DNA of 64,000 nt, from positions 12,323 to 76,322 of the forward strand of contig DIWG01000018.1 in assembly GCA_002423465.1 (NCBI GenBank), read 5' to 3'. This document shows positions 53,452 to 63,432 of this stretch, piece after piece (the first letter of the stretch is position 1; each line of letters starts with the position of its first letter). The DNA comes from Syntrophaceae bacterium UBA6112. GTDB lineage: Bacteria > Desulfobacterota > Syntrophia > Syntrophales > UBA5619. Below the pieces are notes generated by a model. The model saw only the letters and a list, made by a program, of their open reading frames with translations, searched no databases and was not told the DNA's origin. A program made the translations under genes and the position numbers.

Positions 53452-54204
53452 TTATTTTTTCACGTAAAATCGTTCGATGATGTTCAGCAGCTCCGAGGCG
53501 AAATTGTCCATCTCGAGTGTCATCCCCTTGATCCGGTTCAGATAGTAATTGTAGAAGATGACCGCCGGTATGGCGGCCGCAAGACCGGCCGCCGTTGCGA
53601 TGAGCGCCTCCGAGATCCCCGGCGCTACAACGGCCAGGGTCGCTGAACCGCGGGCGCCGATTCCCTTAAACGTATCCATGATCCCCCACACGGTCCCGAA
53701 CAGACCGATGAAGGGACTGGCGCTTCCGGTGGTCGCCAGGAACCCGAGGCTCGCCTCCAGTTTGGTCGTCTCCGTTCCGCAGGCCCGGTTCAACGCCCTC
53801 TCCACATTGTCAATCCCGCCGATTTCCAGAATGGGGAGGACCGGCTCCGGAGCGTCTTTCGCTGCGACGGTTCCACGGACCGCCCTGTTGATCTTCACGA
53901 GTTCGGCATAGCCTCCCCGGAAGACCTCCGCCAACGTCGAGTTCCGGACCCTTTTCGCTTCAGGCAGGATCTCCGATAGCTTCGTGCTTTTCATGTATGT
54001 ATTCAAGAATTCTTCGTTCTCTTTCCTGGTTTTCCGAATGCTGAAATATTTCATCAGGATGATGGCCCAGGATACGATGGAGAAAATCAGGAGGAGGAGG
54101 AGGACCAGTTGCACGACAAGTCCCGCGTTGACCACCATGTCGAAAAGACTGCCATGAAAATTTCCTCCCAGGTTTACTGCGGCCACAGACGAAACTTCTT
54201 TCAC
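53452..54204 (-). CDS. tolQ: TolQ (MotA/TolQ/ExbB proton channel family)
   Basis: Three TM helices and the conserved C-terminal LATTGSASPFIGLFGTVWGIM ... GISEALIATAAGL. Confidence 0.85.
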   Translation of the reverse strand: MKEVSSVAAVNLGGNFHGSLFDMVVNAGLVVQLVLLLLLIFSIVSWAIILMKYFSIRKTRKENEEFLNTYMKSTKLSEILPEAKRVRNSTLAEVFRGGYAELVKINRAVRGTVAAKDAPEPVLPILEIGGIDNVERALNRACGTETTKLEASLGFLATTGSASPFIGLFGTVWGIMDTFKGIGARGSATLAVVAPGISEALIATAAGLAAAIPAVIFYNYYLNRIKGMTLEMDNFASELLNIIERFYVKK

Positions 54205-54246
54205 GTTCTCACTCCTTTTTAATCAAAAATGGGAAAGACGGCACTA

Positions 54247-54275
54247 TATCTAATGGAAAAGTCGGGATTTGTCAA
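54247..54275 (-). promoter_or_regulatory. Candidate sigma-70 promoter for tolQ
   Basis: On the minus strand, TTGACA - 17 nt - TAGATA lies about 45-70 nt upstream of the tolQ start. The -10 matches only 3 of 6 positions. Confidence 0.3.
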
Positions 54276-54309
54276 GGGCAGACCCCCGAACCGAAGCGAA
54301 CCGGAGCAA

Positions 54310-55239
54310 TCAAAGGGATTCGGGTGTGAAGGCGACCACGTCCTCGATCCGGCAAGTGTCGGCAAAGAGCATGGCAAGGCGGTCCACGCCGAGGGCAATC
54401 CCGGCGGAGGGAGGCATCTGCGACAGGGTGGAAAGAAAACGCTCCGGCATGGGATAAGCGGGGCGATGGTCCCGACGACGATCCTCGAGGGCCTTCTCGA
54501 AACGCCGTCGCTGCTCCTCGGCGTCGGTGAGTTCGGAAAAGGCATTGGCCAGCTCCAGCCCGGCAATGTAAAGTTCGAAGCGTTCGGCGATCCCCGGATC
54601 AGTCTCCTTCACCCGCGCCAAGGCGCCGAGTTCCGCCGGATATTCGTACAGAAAAACAGGTGCTTCCATGCCAAGACGGGGTTCGATCTCACAGGCGAGG
54701 ATCTCATCGAAACAATCCCTTCTCAGTGCTTCGGCATCGGTCATTGATGCGAAACGCAGGAAGGCATCCCGGACGGTGATTCGCTCCCAGGGAACCTCCA
54801 GGCGTATCCGGCGTCCCTGACGGGGAAAGGCGCCGTCAAAACCGAGTTCCCTTGCAACCCCTTTGATCAGGACCTCGCAATCGCCCATCAAGGTCCGGTA
54901 GTCCGTCCCCCCGCGGTACCACTCGAGGATCGTAAACTCCGGCAGATGGCGGTCGCCCCGCTCCCCCGCGCGGAAACATTTGCAGATCTGGAAGATCCGC
55001 GGATAACCCGCCGCCAGGAGTCTTTTCATGCACAGCTCCGGGGAGGTTTGCAGGAACCACTCCGCTGAGGCGATGGTGTCGATATGGGATTCCGGCGCCG
55101 GCGCCGGAATCCGGACAGGCGTTTCGACTTCGAGAAAACCCATCTCGAAAAAGAAGCGCCGGATCTCCCGGATCATCCGGGCACGCAGCCAAAGAGCATC
55201 CGCCCGGGCGGCGAGCCTCCAGGAATCAGCCTCGATCAT
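54310..55239 (-). CDS. epmA: Elongation factor P--(R)-beta-lysine ligase (EpmA/PoxA/GenX)
   Basis: Truncated class II lysyl-tRNA-synthetase-like core: FFFEMGFLEVETPV, QTSPELCMKRLLAAGYPRIFQICKCFRAGERGDRHLPEFTILEWY. 4-nt overlap with efp. Confidence 0.85.
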   Translation of the reverse strand: MIEADSWRLAARADALWLRARMIREIRRFFFEMGFLEVETPVRIPAPAPESHIDTIASAEWFLQTSPELCMKRLLAAGYPRIFQICKCFRAGERGDRHLPEFTILEWYRGGTDYRTLMGDCEVLIKGVARELGFDGAFPRQGRRIRLEVPWERITVRDAFLRFASMTDAEALRRDCFDEILACEIEPRLGMEAPVFLYEYPAELGALARVKETDPGIAERFELYIAGLELANAFSELTDAEEQRRRFEKALEDRRRDHRPAYPMPERFLSTLSQMPPSAGIALGVDRLAMLFADTCRIEDVVAFTPESL

Positions 55240-55799
55240 CCCTTCACGCGGGTGAGGTACTCGCCGCTGCGGGTATCGATCCGGATCTTCTCCCCCTCTT
55301 CGATAAAGGGGGGAACCTGGAGCTGATAGCCCGTCTGGACGGTCACCGGCTTGGTGTTTCCGGATACGGAATCGCCCTTCGCCCAGGGATCGGCCTTGGT
55401 GACGACCACGTCGATAAAATTGGGCAGGCTGATTCCGAGCGGCCGGTCCTCGAACAGCAGGATCTCCGCTTCGATGTTGTCGAGGAGGAAGTTCTTGGCC
55501 TCGCCGACCTGATCCTCGCTGAGGAAAACCTGTTCGTAACTCTGGTTGTCCATGAAGCAGTACTTTCCCTCTTCCTTGTAAAGGTACTGCATCCGCTTCT
55601 CTTGCAGATCGGCCGCCTCGAAAACATCCACGGAACGGAACGTCCGCTCGAACTGGTTCCCGTTGATCATATTTTTCAGCTTGCAGCGGTAGAGGGCCTG
55701 CCCCTTGCCCGGTTTGACGAAATTGAATTCCGTAATGATGTAGGGATCGTTTTCGATCTTGATCCGCAGTCCCTTTCTGAGATCACTGGCTGTATACAT
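55236..55799 (-). CDS. efp: Translation elongation factor P
   Basis: MYTASDLRKGLRIKIENDPYIITEFNFVKPGKGQA, with the conserved modifiable Lys in KPGKG. Confidence 0.95.
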   Translation of the reverse strand: MYTASDLRKGLRIKIENDPYIITEFNFVKPGKGQALYRCKLKNMINGNQFERTFRSVDVFEAADLQEKRMQYLYKEEGKYCFMDNQSYEQVFLSEDQVGEAKNFLLDNIEAEILLFEDRPLGISLPNFIDVVVTKADPWAKGDSVSGNTKPVTVQTGYQLQVPPFIEEGEKIRIDTRSGEYLTRVKG

Positions 55800-55942
55800 G
55801 GGTTTTCATCTCCTTTACGGGTTGCTTCGGCTGAAAGACGCACCGTTTTTTCCGACCTCGGTCGGCGGGATCGGTCCCGCTCATCCACCTACTATATTTT
55901 CTATTCCATATGTTCTGTCTTGTCAAAAGAATGTTTACATCC

Positions 55943-57022
55943 CTACGCTTCCGGGGACAGGGGAGAGAGGGGGTGGAGGGGGATCTTCCCGCGGCCGCCC
56001 GGGCAATCCAGCACGTAACGTGGGAGGCAGAGTCCCGAGATGTTGCGCCAGAGCCTTTCCATAATCTCCATGCCGGTTCGGATCTCCGCGCGGAAGTGGT
56101 CTGTCCCCCGAACCGGATCGCACTGGAACAGATAGTAGGGACGGACCGAGATCCGCTCCAGGCCATAGAGCAGCTCACGCATCGATTCATAGTCGTCGTT
56201 CACCCCCCGAAGCAGCACCGACTGGTTTCCAACGGGAATCCCGGCAGCCAGCAGCATCTCGCAGGCCCTGGTGGATTCCTTGGTGATCTCCCGGGCATGG
56301 TTGAACTGTGTGTTGAACCAGAGCGGCCGGTGCCGCTTGAGCATGACACAGAGCTCCGGCGTAATGCGCATCGGCAGCGTGACCGGCGCCCGGCTGCCGA
56401 TGCGCAGGACTTCCACATGGGATATCGCCCGGAGCGCCCCCAAAAACCAATCCAGAAGTCGTTCTGGAATCATCAACGGATCCCCGCCGGAGACGATCAC
56501 TTCCCGGAGGGCCGGTGTCCGGGACACATAATCCACCATTTCCCACAGCCTTTTCCGGGTTGTTCCCGGTTTTTGACCATCCCACAAGCGTTTGCGGTTG
56601 CAGTGCCGACAATAGACGGCGCAGGTTCCCGTAACGATCGCGAGACAGCGGTCGGGATAGCGGTGGATCAGCCCCGGAACGGGCATATCCCGCTCCTCGT
56701 CCAGGGGATCCGGGACGCCGCCCATGGAAAAGGTGATTTCCCGGGGGTCGGGAAAGCACTGCCGGCGAAGGGGATCGGTTTCATCAGCGGGATTCAGAAG
56801 TGACAGGAAATAGGGGGTGATCGCGATGGGGTAGGTCCGGAGCACGGGCCCGCACGGGGCAAGCGACGCCACGGGCCGGCTCATTGCGGAGGCCAATTGT
56901 CTCAGGGAGCGGAGACGGTTCCGGAACTGCCATTTCCAGTCATTCCACTCCGCTGCGGAAACCCGTCCCCTGAAATCACCGCCGCCCTTTTTACCGTATA
57001 TCGTCACGATCCTCCTTTTCAT
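55943..57022 (-). CDS. epmB: Lysine 2,3-aminomutase-like radical SAM enzyme (EpmB/KamA family)
   Basis: TGTCAVYCRHCNRKR (CxxxCxxC), the KamA-family N-terminal WQFRN motif and SGGDPL. Confidence 0.85.
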   Translation of the reverse strand: MKRRIVTIYGKKGGGDFRGRVSAAEWNDWKWQFRNRLRSLRQLASAMSRPVASLAPCGPVLRTYPIAITPYFLSLLNPADETDPLRRQCFPDPREITFSMGGVPDPLDEERDMPVPGLIHRYPDRCLAIVTGTCAVYCRHCNRKRLWDGQKPGTTRKRLWEMVDYVSRTPALREVIVSGGDPLMIPERLLDWFLGALRAISHVEVLRIGSRAPVTLPMRITPELCVMLKRHRPLWFNTQFNHAREITKESTRACEMLLAAGIPVGNQSVLLRGVNDDYESMRELLYGLERISVRPYYLFQCDPVRGTDHFRAEIRTGMEIMERLWRNISGLCLPRYVLDCPGGRGKIPLHPLSPLSPEA

Positions 57023-57244
57023 TTTTGCTCGCGGGCGGATTCAACTACCATGCGTCACCCTCCGCGGGCAAGAAATGATTTGCTTTGTCCCGGCCAATTT
57101 TATATCTTTCCATTGTAGGATTTTGGTCCTTTCCGGCAGGTTCTCCCGGGAACGAGGGTTGAGTCCCTCTCGCGGGACCTGTCCGGATCATCTTCTGTAC
57201 GCCCTCCGTCGGGAGGGTTCAACCACGAGAAGGGGGACGGCCAA

Positions 57245-58393
57245 ATGAATGTATTATCTCAAGAAGAATGGAAGGCTTTGCTGGCGAAGCATCAAGGATT
57301 GTGCATCTCGATTTTCATGCCGACCTTCCGCACCGGCGCGGAGAGTCAACAGAACCAGATCCGGTTCAGAAATCTCCTGCGGAAGGCGGAGGAAAAACTG
57401 CTGGCCGGGGGTCTTCGTCCCCAGGAGATCAAGGCCATGCTGGAACCCGCGCAGGCGCTGCCGGGCAATGTTCTATTCTGGCGGAAGCAGAGCGACGGCC
57501 TGGCGCTCTTCCTCTCCGCGGATCTTTTCCGCTCCTTCTGCCTCCCCGAGGCCTTTGACGAGCTGATCATGGTTGCCGACCATTTTCACATCAAGCCTCT
57601 CTTGCCGCTCCTCGGCGGCGACAAACGGTTCCATATCCTCGCCCTCAGCCAGAATGAGATCCGGCTTCTTGAAGGAACCGCCCGGAACGTAAGGGAAATC
57701 GAACTGGAATCGGTTCCAAAAAATCTTGAGGAAGCGCTCGGGTACGACGAGTCTGGGAAACAGGTCCGATATCGCGCCGGTACGGCGGGAGGAAGCGACC
57801 ATTCAGCGATGGTCTCCGGGCATGGCGCGGAAATCGACGACACCAAAGAGAATCTACTGAAATACTTCCGTCTGATCGACCGGGGCCTTCGTGACCTGCT
57901 CCGGGATGAAAGGACGCCCCTCATTCTCGCCGGCGTGGAATATCTCTTTCCCATTTATCGCGAGGCGAACACATACCCTCGGCTGATCGAAGAAGGCATT
58001 CCCGGCAATCCCCAAGGGATCAGTACGGATGCCCTTCACCGATCGGCGCTGAAGATCGTCAGCCCCTATTTTCAGAAAGCCGAGCAGGACGCCGTCGCGC
58101 AGTACCGGCAATCTTCGGGGACCGGCCTGACATCAGCCGATCTGGGAGAGATCGTTGCCGCCGCCGTCCACGGACGGGTCGGCGTGCTTTTCGTCGCCTC
58201 GGGGCGCCAGCAGTGGGGAACCTTCAACAAGGAGAGCGGCGCCTTCGAGCAGCATCGGAAGATGGGAACATCCAGTGAAGATCTTCTGGAGTTGGCGGCC
58301 GTCCAGACCTTTTTGAATGGAGGATCGGTGTTTATACTGCCTCCGGAAAGATTGCCGGACACGGGCGACTTGACCGCTGTCTTCCGCTACTAA
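57245..58393 (+). CDS. Hypothetical protein resembling bacterial archaeo-eukaryotic release-factor-like (baeRF) proteins
   Basis: The N-terminus CISIFMPTFRTGAESQQNQIRFRNLLRKAEEKL and the C-terminus GRVGVLFVASGRQQWGTF...DLLELAAVQTFLNGGSVFILPPERLP...AVFRY fit my memory of eRF1/Pelota domain-3-like baeRF families. No GGQ motif was seen. The family assignment is unverified. Confidence 0.5.
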   Translation: MNVLSQEEWKALLAKHQGLCISIFMPTFRTGAESQQNQIRFRNLLRKAEEKLLAGGLRPQEIKAMLEPAQALPGNVLFWRKQSDGLALFLSADLFRSFCLPEAFDELIMVADHFHIKPLLPLLGGDKRFHILALSQNEIRLLEGTARNVREIELESVPKNLEEALGYDESGKQVRYRAGTAGGSDHSAMVSGHGAEIDDTKENLLKYFRLIDRGLRDLLRDERTPLILAGVEYLFPIYREANTYPRLIEEGIPGNPQGISTDALHRSALKIVSPYFQKAEQDAVAQYRQSSGTGLTSADLGEIVAAAVHGRVGVLFVASGRQQWGTFNKESGAFEQHRKMGTSSEDLLELAAVQTFLNGGSVFILPPERLPDTGDLTAVFRY

Positions 58394-58423
58394 CCAGATG
58401 CTATTCAGGAAGGAGGATCTGTC

Positions 58424-58906
58424 ATGACTTGTCTGAGAGGATTTGCTGTTTGCACGCTGATCTTGGCGACTCTGTTGCTTTCTGTCTTGGAGGTGATGGG
58501 CGCCGATGACTTTATGGTTTTGCGGTATAGTGACGGATTTACCCAAAGAATAAAACTGGAGAGACCGTCCGAGTTGATAAGACAGATTGAATTCCTGGAA
58601 GGCAAAAGGGTGTTCGGTCACGACGACCGGGGGGGCAGCCCAATAAAAGTTATTGCTGCGACCTACGGAAGGAACTGCGGAGCTCCTTACGGGAATGCAA
58701 CCCATCATCTTGCCGAGATCTGTAACGGAAGGGCGACATGCGAGTATGTGATTGATGTGAACGTCATCGGTGATCCGGCAGCCGGCTGCGCGAAGGATTA
58801 CTTTGCGGAGTGGCAATGCGGGCGTGATCCCGAGAGGCGCAGCATCAGCGCCCGCCCTGAGGCGGGAGGGGGCACACGGATCGTCCTGAGGTGCCCGGTC
58901 CGGTAG
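58424..58906 (+). CDS. Secreted protein with a SUEL/rhamnose-binding-lectin-like Cys-rich C-terminal domain
   Basis: Signal peptide FAVCTLILATLLLSVLEVMGA. IKVIAATYGRNCGAPYGNATHHLAEICNGRATCEYVIDVNVIGDPAAGCAKDYFAEWQC resembles the Gal_Lectin pattern A.YGR..C....C.G...C......GDP..G..K.L...Y.C. Confidence 0.5.
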   Translation: MTCLRGFAVCTLILATLLLSVLEVMGADDFMVLRYSDGFTQRIKLERPSELIRQIEFLEGKRVFGHDDRGGSPIKVIAATYGRNCGAPYGNATHHLAEICNGRATCEYVIDVNVIGDPAAGCAKDYFAEWQCGRDPERRSISARPEAGGGTRIVLRCPVR

Positions 58907-58977
58907 CGCAAAGAGCTCCTTCCCCCACGGGCTCACGCCCGTAGTCCCCAGCGAATTTTGGATCGTATGATGCCATT

Positions 58978-60012
58978 TCAGATCCCGTCATCCCCACCCG
59001 GAGCACCGGATTCTCCTGGGGAATCCTGCTCCCCCGCATCCCGGCCGCTCCATTTCCGGCCCTTGTATATGTAGCGGTCGAAAAGCCGGTGGTAGGGTGT
59101 CCAGTCCGACTCCTCGTCGCGGGCCTCCCGGATGAATTCCTGGAATGCGTTCACCTTGGCGTCCAAGTCGTCCATGTAGTGGACGATCAGGGCCTCCAGG
59201 GTCTTGGGCCGCTTGGGTGAACCATATTCGAGAACGCCGTGATGGCTGAGGATCAGGTGGCGCAGCTCCATAGCCGTCTGCTCCGGAAAATCCGGGATCG
59301 CCGCGATCTTTGCATCGACCATTTCCACACCGATGACAATGTGGCCGACCAGACGCCCCGGATCGCTGTACTCCACGATCCGCTCAAAGGAGAATTCATA
59401 GATCTTTCCGATATCATGCAAGATTCCACCGGCGATCAGAAGATCCCGGTTGACCCCCGCGTAGTGACCGGCCGCCCGGTCGAGGAGCCGAACGACGGAA
59501 AGGGTGTGTTCCAGAAGACCACCGATGTAGATGTGATGAAACCCCTTGGCCGCCGGCGCCCTCCGGAACAGCGTAGCGATCTTTTCGTCCTGGAAAAATG
59601 CCTGGAGGAGTGCAGATAGACAGGGGGTCTTCACCTGTTCGCAATAGGCCAGGATTTCAGCGAACATCGCCGAACGATCCCCCTTTGCCACCGGGAAGTA
59701 ATCCGCGAGCTCGACCTCTGTATCCTCCACCTTCCGCAGCTCAATGATCGACAGTTGGATTGCGTTCTTGAAACTGAGCGCCCGCGCCTGAATGCGGATC
59801 AGATCCCCCTTTTTGAACGCCTTGTCCCAAGCCAGGGCATTCTCCCAGACCTTGCCGTCTACCTCACCGGTCCGGTCTCTCAGGCGGAGGTTCAGGTAGG
59901 GAGACCCCTTCTGGGAGAAAGCGAGATTCTTCTCGCCCGCGAGAAAAACCTCACTGACCCGGTCGCCTGTTTTGATATCCCTTACATAGATCGTTTTTCC
60001 CGTCACATCCAC
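58978..60012 (-). CDS. YhaM-like 3-prime-5-prime exoribonuclease (OB-fold plus HD domain)
   Basis: N-terminal OB-fold region, then the HD domain FHHIYIGGLLEHTLSV and GGILHDIGKIYE. Confidence 0.8.
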   Translation of the reverse strand: MDVTGKTIYVRDIKTGDRVSEVFLAGEKNLAFSQKGSPYLNLRLRDRTGEVDGKVWENALAWDKAFKKGDLIRIQARALSFKNAIQLSIIELRKVEDTEVELADYFPVAKGDRSAMFAEILAYCEQVKTPCLSALLQAFFQDEKIATLFRRAPAAKGFHHIYIGGLLEHTLSVVRLLDRAAGHYAGVNRDLLIAGGILHDIGKIYEFSFERIVEYSDPGRLVGHIVIGVEMVDAKIAAIPDFPEQTAMELRHLILSHHGVLEYGSPKRPKTLEALIVHYMDDLDAKVNAFQEFIREARDEESDWTPYHRLFDRYIYKGRKWSGRDAGEQDSPGESGAPGGDDGI

Positions 60013-60024
60013 ACCTGTCCTTCC

Positions 60025-60903
60025 CTAAGAGTAGATTTTCATGCAACCCCGCCGGATCGAACCGACCAGCGTCATCCCGGCCTCCCGGGCCATTTCCACG
60101 GCCTGGGTCGTGGGGACCGACAGGGAACAGACCAACGGCACGCCCAGCCTCCGGATCTTGTGAACGATCTCGGAAGAGACCCGGCCGGTCCGGAGGATGA
60201 CGGCGTCACGGCAGTCCACGCCGTGCAACAGGGCGTAACCACCCAGCATGTCGATCGTGTTGTGCCGGCCGATGTCCTCTCGGACGACCAGGATCTTCCC
60301 GCTCCGGGCCAGGGCCGCGGCATGGGTCCCGCCGGTCTCTTCATGAAGGCGGGCCCGTTCAAGAAAGCGTTCCATGAGACCGAGGATGACCTCCGGTGCA
60401 AGGGAAACCTTCGCCGGCATGGGTTCTGCCGGCGACACCTCCACCGATCGCCCGAACCCGCGGGCGCCGCTCGATGCCAGGGTTCTTCCCTCTTGCGTTT
60501 CCGAGTCCGGGATTTCCCATCCCGCCGCCGTCCTGATCCTCACCACCGTCTGATCGGGGGAAACAGCCACTGCCGCAACATCCTCCCGCGTCCTCAGAAA
60601 ACCTTCGGAACGGAGGAAACCCACGGCCAGCTCGTCCACGCAAAGCCCCGCACAGGCAATCGTAATCACCCGACGGTCGTTCAGATACACGGCAAGCGGA
60701 ACCTCGCGGATGAGCCGCTCGTCCTGCTCGGAAAACCCCTTTCCGTCATAAACGGCGATGCGGAAACAGTCGCCACTTTTACCTTCGGATGCGAAGCTCT
60801 CCGTCCGGAGGGCGGGGCTTTCCGGCAAGGAAACATCCTGTTTTTGATTTCGCCCCTGATCTCCGCCGGCAAGGCAGGGCTCGCGGGTTGCACTCCCGGT
60901 CAT
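60025..60903 (-). CDS. fdhD: Formate dehydrogenase accessory sulfurtransferase FdhD
   Basis: GGTHAAALA, EDIGRHNTIDML and the C-terminal SSEIVHKIRRLGVPLVCSLSVPT. The ATG at 60903 makes an ATGA overlap with the selB stop, but the first ~38 codons coincide with a repeat copy. An alternative in-frame TTG lies at 60828. Confidence 0.8.
   Translation of the reverse strand: MTGSATREPCLAGGDQGRNQKQDVSLPESPALRTESFASEGKSGDCFRIAVYDGKGFSEQDERLIREVPLAVYLNDRRVITIACAGLCVDELAVGFLRSEGFLRTREDVAAVAVSPDQTVVRIRTAAGWEIPDSETQEGRTLASSGARGFGRSVEVSPAEPMPAKVSLAPEVILGLMERFLERARLHEETGGTHAAALARSGKILVVREDIGRHNTIDMLGGYALLHGVDCRDAVILRTGRVSSEIVHKIRRLGVPLVCSLSVPTTQAVEMAREAGMTLVGSIRRGCMKIYS
60788..60901 (+). repeat. Structured intergenic repeat family 2, second full copy
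   Basis: Collinear with 43753-43865 (see that entry). It lies directly after the selB stop and inside the annotated 5-prime end of fdhD. Confidence 0.7.
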
Positions 60904-62822
60904 CTGTCCGGCCGTCCCCGGAGGATCCGGTGGTCGCCGGCCCGCATGGTCAGCTTGGTCATGTCAAAATACTCCATCAAAGGGATGATAAATTTCCGCG
61001 AAAGACCGGTCAGCTCCTTGAAACTCGCCGGCGTCGCCTGACCGTCGCGGATGAGGATCCGCCGATAATCCTCGCGAAGCTTCTCCAGCGCATCCCGGTG
61101 GAAGTTCAGATCCTCGCTGATCCGGACCAGGACCCCTTCGCGGGTCATCACCTGGATGAGGCTCGCCACCTCCTTTTTCCGGGCGGAGAACTGCTCCAGG
61201 ACCTCACGGACCGTCGGCGGCGTAAGACTTCCGTTTTGAAAAACGAGGGAGAGCTCTTCCCGCAGGTCCTCCATCTCACCCTTGAGATGGACGCGGTGTC
61301 CCGTCAGACGGATCATCTCCTTTTCGGCAACGATCTCTCCCCGTTTTTCCAGCTCCCGGAGCGCCATTGTGAAGATCTTCTGCCCGGCCCCGTCGCCCCG
61401 CTCCAGCGTGGTCCGCAACTCCTCCCGGGAGAGGCCCTCCCTGAGCGGATTCCTTTCATGGTACCCCTGGAGCTCCCGCAGGATTTCCGTCTGGAAGGCC
61501 TCATATACCGGATGGGAGAGAACCCGCATCTCTTCCCGATCGACAAGGACGGCCTTCCTTGCGCCAAACATCCCCTCCAGACGTCGTCGCAATTCCCGGC
61601 CGCGGATGCCGGTCCGGACGATCAGCAGGTTTTCGGTGATTCCCCCGATCCCGGCCCTCTCCAGAACAACGGCCGTCTTCTCTTCATCCCCTGCCCCGGC
61701 AAGGCTCTTGAACTCACCGAGGACTGCGGCCGACGATCGTTTGTGTTTCGCGGGCAGGGGATCGACGATCAGGCCGCCGCCGATCGTCGTCACGGGGGAA
61801 CAACTGCGGATGACAAACCGGTCCCCAGCCACCGTGGCCAGAGGGGTCTCCAAGATCAGTTGGGCGCAGCACTCCGTCCCCGGCTCCAGAACATCCCGGT
61901 CGAGAAGGATCATCCGCGCCATGACCTCGCAGGTCCCCGTATGGAGGCGGACGAGGCTCCGGTTCTTCAGTTTTCTGACGCCGCCCAGATGGCGGTACAG
62001 ACAATCGATGCGCAGCGACGCCGTCAACGAACCGGGATCGGCCAGGATATGCCCCCGTTCGATCATCTCCCGGTCGACCCCCTGAAGATTGATGGCCGTC
62101 CTCTGCCCGGCCTCGGCCGTTTCGACGGTTCGGTTGTGAACCTGGATTCCCCGGACCCTGGCACGCAGGCCGATGGGGGAGACCTCCACCTCCTCTCCCG
62201 TCGCCACCATTCCGGAAGCCAACGTCCCCGTAACGACGGTGCCGAACCCCTTCATCGTAAAGACCCGGTCCACGGGCAGACGGAAGAGACCGACATCGGC
62301 GCCCGCCTCCACTTCCTGCGCCTTTTTCCCAATGGTCTCGATCAACTCGGGAAATCCGGCCCCGGTCAGGGAAGAGACCGGAACCACTGGGACATCTTCC
62401 AGAAAGGTCCCCCGCAGAAACGTGCGGACGTCCTCCCGAACCAGATCCAGCCACTCCGCATCGACCATGTCGATCTTGGTCAGCGCGACAAATCCTTTCC
62501 GGATCCCCAGGAGGGTGCAGATCTGGAGGTGCTCCCGCGTCTGCGGCATAACCCCTTCGTCGGCCGCAATGACCAAGACCACCAGATCAATACCGGCCGC
62601 CCCCGCCACCATGTTCCGGACGAACCGCTCATGGCCCGGAACATCGACAACCCCGAGGGTCCGTCCGTCCGACAGGGTCAGGGAGGCGAATCCGAGTTCG
62701 ATCGTGATCCCCCGCTCTTTTTCCTCCTTGAGGCGGTCGGTGTCCACGCCGGTCAGTCTTTTGATCAACGCCGTCTTGCCGTGATCCACATGACCGGCCG
62801 TTCCCATTACGAGATGCTTCAT
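60900..62822 (-). CDS. selB: Selenocysteine-specific translation elongation factor SelB
   Basis: GTPase domain [27 protein letters not shown] and a long C-terminal winged-helix extension (640 aa) typical of SelB. Confidence 0.95.
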   Translation of the reverse strand: MKHLVMGTAGHVDHGKTALIKRLTGVDTDRLKEEKERGITIELGFASLTLSDGRTLGVVDVPGHERFVRNMVAGAAGIDLVVLVIAADEGVMPQTREHLQICTLLGIRKGFVALTKIDMVDAEWLDLVREDVRTFLRGTFLEDVPVVPVSSLTGAGFPELIETIGKKAQEVEAGADVGLFRLPVDRVFTMKGFGTVVTGTLASGMVATGEEVEVSPIGLRARVRGIQVHNRTVETAEAGQRTAINLQGVDREMIERGHILADPGSLTASLRIDCLYRHLGGVRKLKNRSLVRLHTGTCEVMARMILLDRDVLEPGTECCAQLILETPLATVAGDRFVIRSCSPVTTIGGGLIVDPLPAKHKRSSAAVLGEFKSLAGAGDEEKTAVVLERAGIGGITENLLIVRTGIRGRELRRRLEGMFGARKAVLVDREEMRVLSHPVYEAFQTEILRELQGYHERNPLREGLSREELRTTLERGDGAGQKIFTMALRELEKRGEIVAEKEMIRLTGHRVHLKGEMEDLREELSLVFQNGSLTPPTVREVLEQFSARKKEVASLIQVMTREGVLVRISEDLNFHRDALEKLREDYRRILIRDGQATPASFKELTGLSRKFIIPLMEYFDMTKLTMRAGDHRILRGRPDR

Positions 62823-62977
62823 AGAGCAGAAAATAACAGACTCACCCTCTTTTCACAACAGCAAAGATGACGCCGTCAAGACCATCATTGCAGCGGGAAG
62901 CCGTCCGAAGAATGAATAACATGGCATTCTCCCGTCGGATGATTTATAAAAGCCATTGTCCATCAACGGGAGGAAAG

Positions 62978-63415
62978 ATGAGAGTATTGGGACTCGATTA
63001 CGGCAGCCGGAGAATCGGGGTTGCCGTCTGCGACGAGTTGGGAATGACGGCGCAAGGGACAATGACCCTCATCCGAAAGAACCGCACGGCGGACCTGGCC
63101 GCGATTGCCGAGCTGGTCGGTCGTTATGGCATTGAACGGATCGTCGTCGGTTACCCCCTCCGCCTCGACGGCAGCGAAGGAATCCAGTGTGAAAAGATCA
63201 ACGGATTCATCCGGCGGTTGGAAGCCCGATTTTCGCTGCCCGTCGTCCGCTGGGACGAGACCCTCTCCACGAAGGAAGCGGAGGAGCTTATCTGCAAGCG
63301 CGGAGTCAAGCCGGAGAAGAGAAGAGCAATCGTCGACCGCGTCGCCGCGTCGCTGATTCTGCAGGGATACCTTGACGCGCTCCCGCATGAGGGGAAGACC
63401 GGACCGACACCCTGA
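62978..63415 (+). CDS. ruvX: Holliday junction resolvase-like nuclease RuvX (YqgF)
   Basis: MRVLGLDYGSRRIGVAVCD. GGGAGGAAAG RBS precedes the ATG at 62978. The track start at 62867 is rejected. Confidence 0.9.
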   Translation: MRVLGLDYGSRRIGVAVCDELGMTAQGTMTLIRKNRTADLAAIAELVGRYGIERIVVGYPLRLDGSEGIQCEKINGFIRRLEARFSLPVVRWDETLSTKEAEELICKRGVKPEKRRAIVDRVAASLILQGYLDALPHEGKTGPTP

Positions 63416-63432
63416 TCAATGAAGATAGGTTG

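Noticed and set aside
60789-62870. 693-aa plus-strand ORF
   Set aside because: It is antisense to selB, which has an unambiguous GTPase domain. Shadow ORF.
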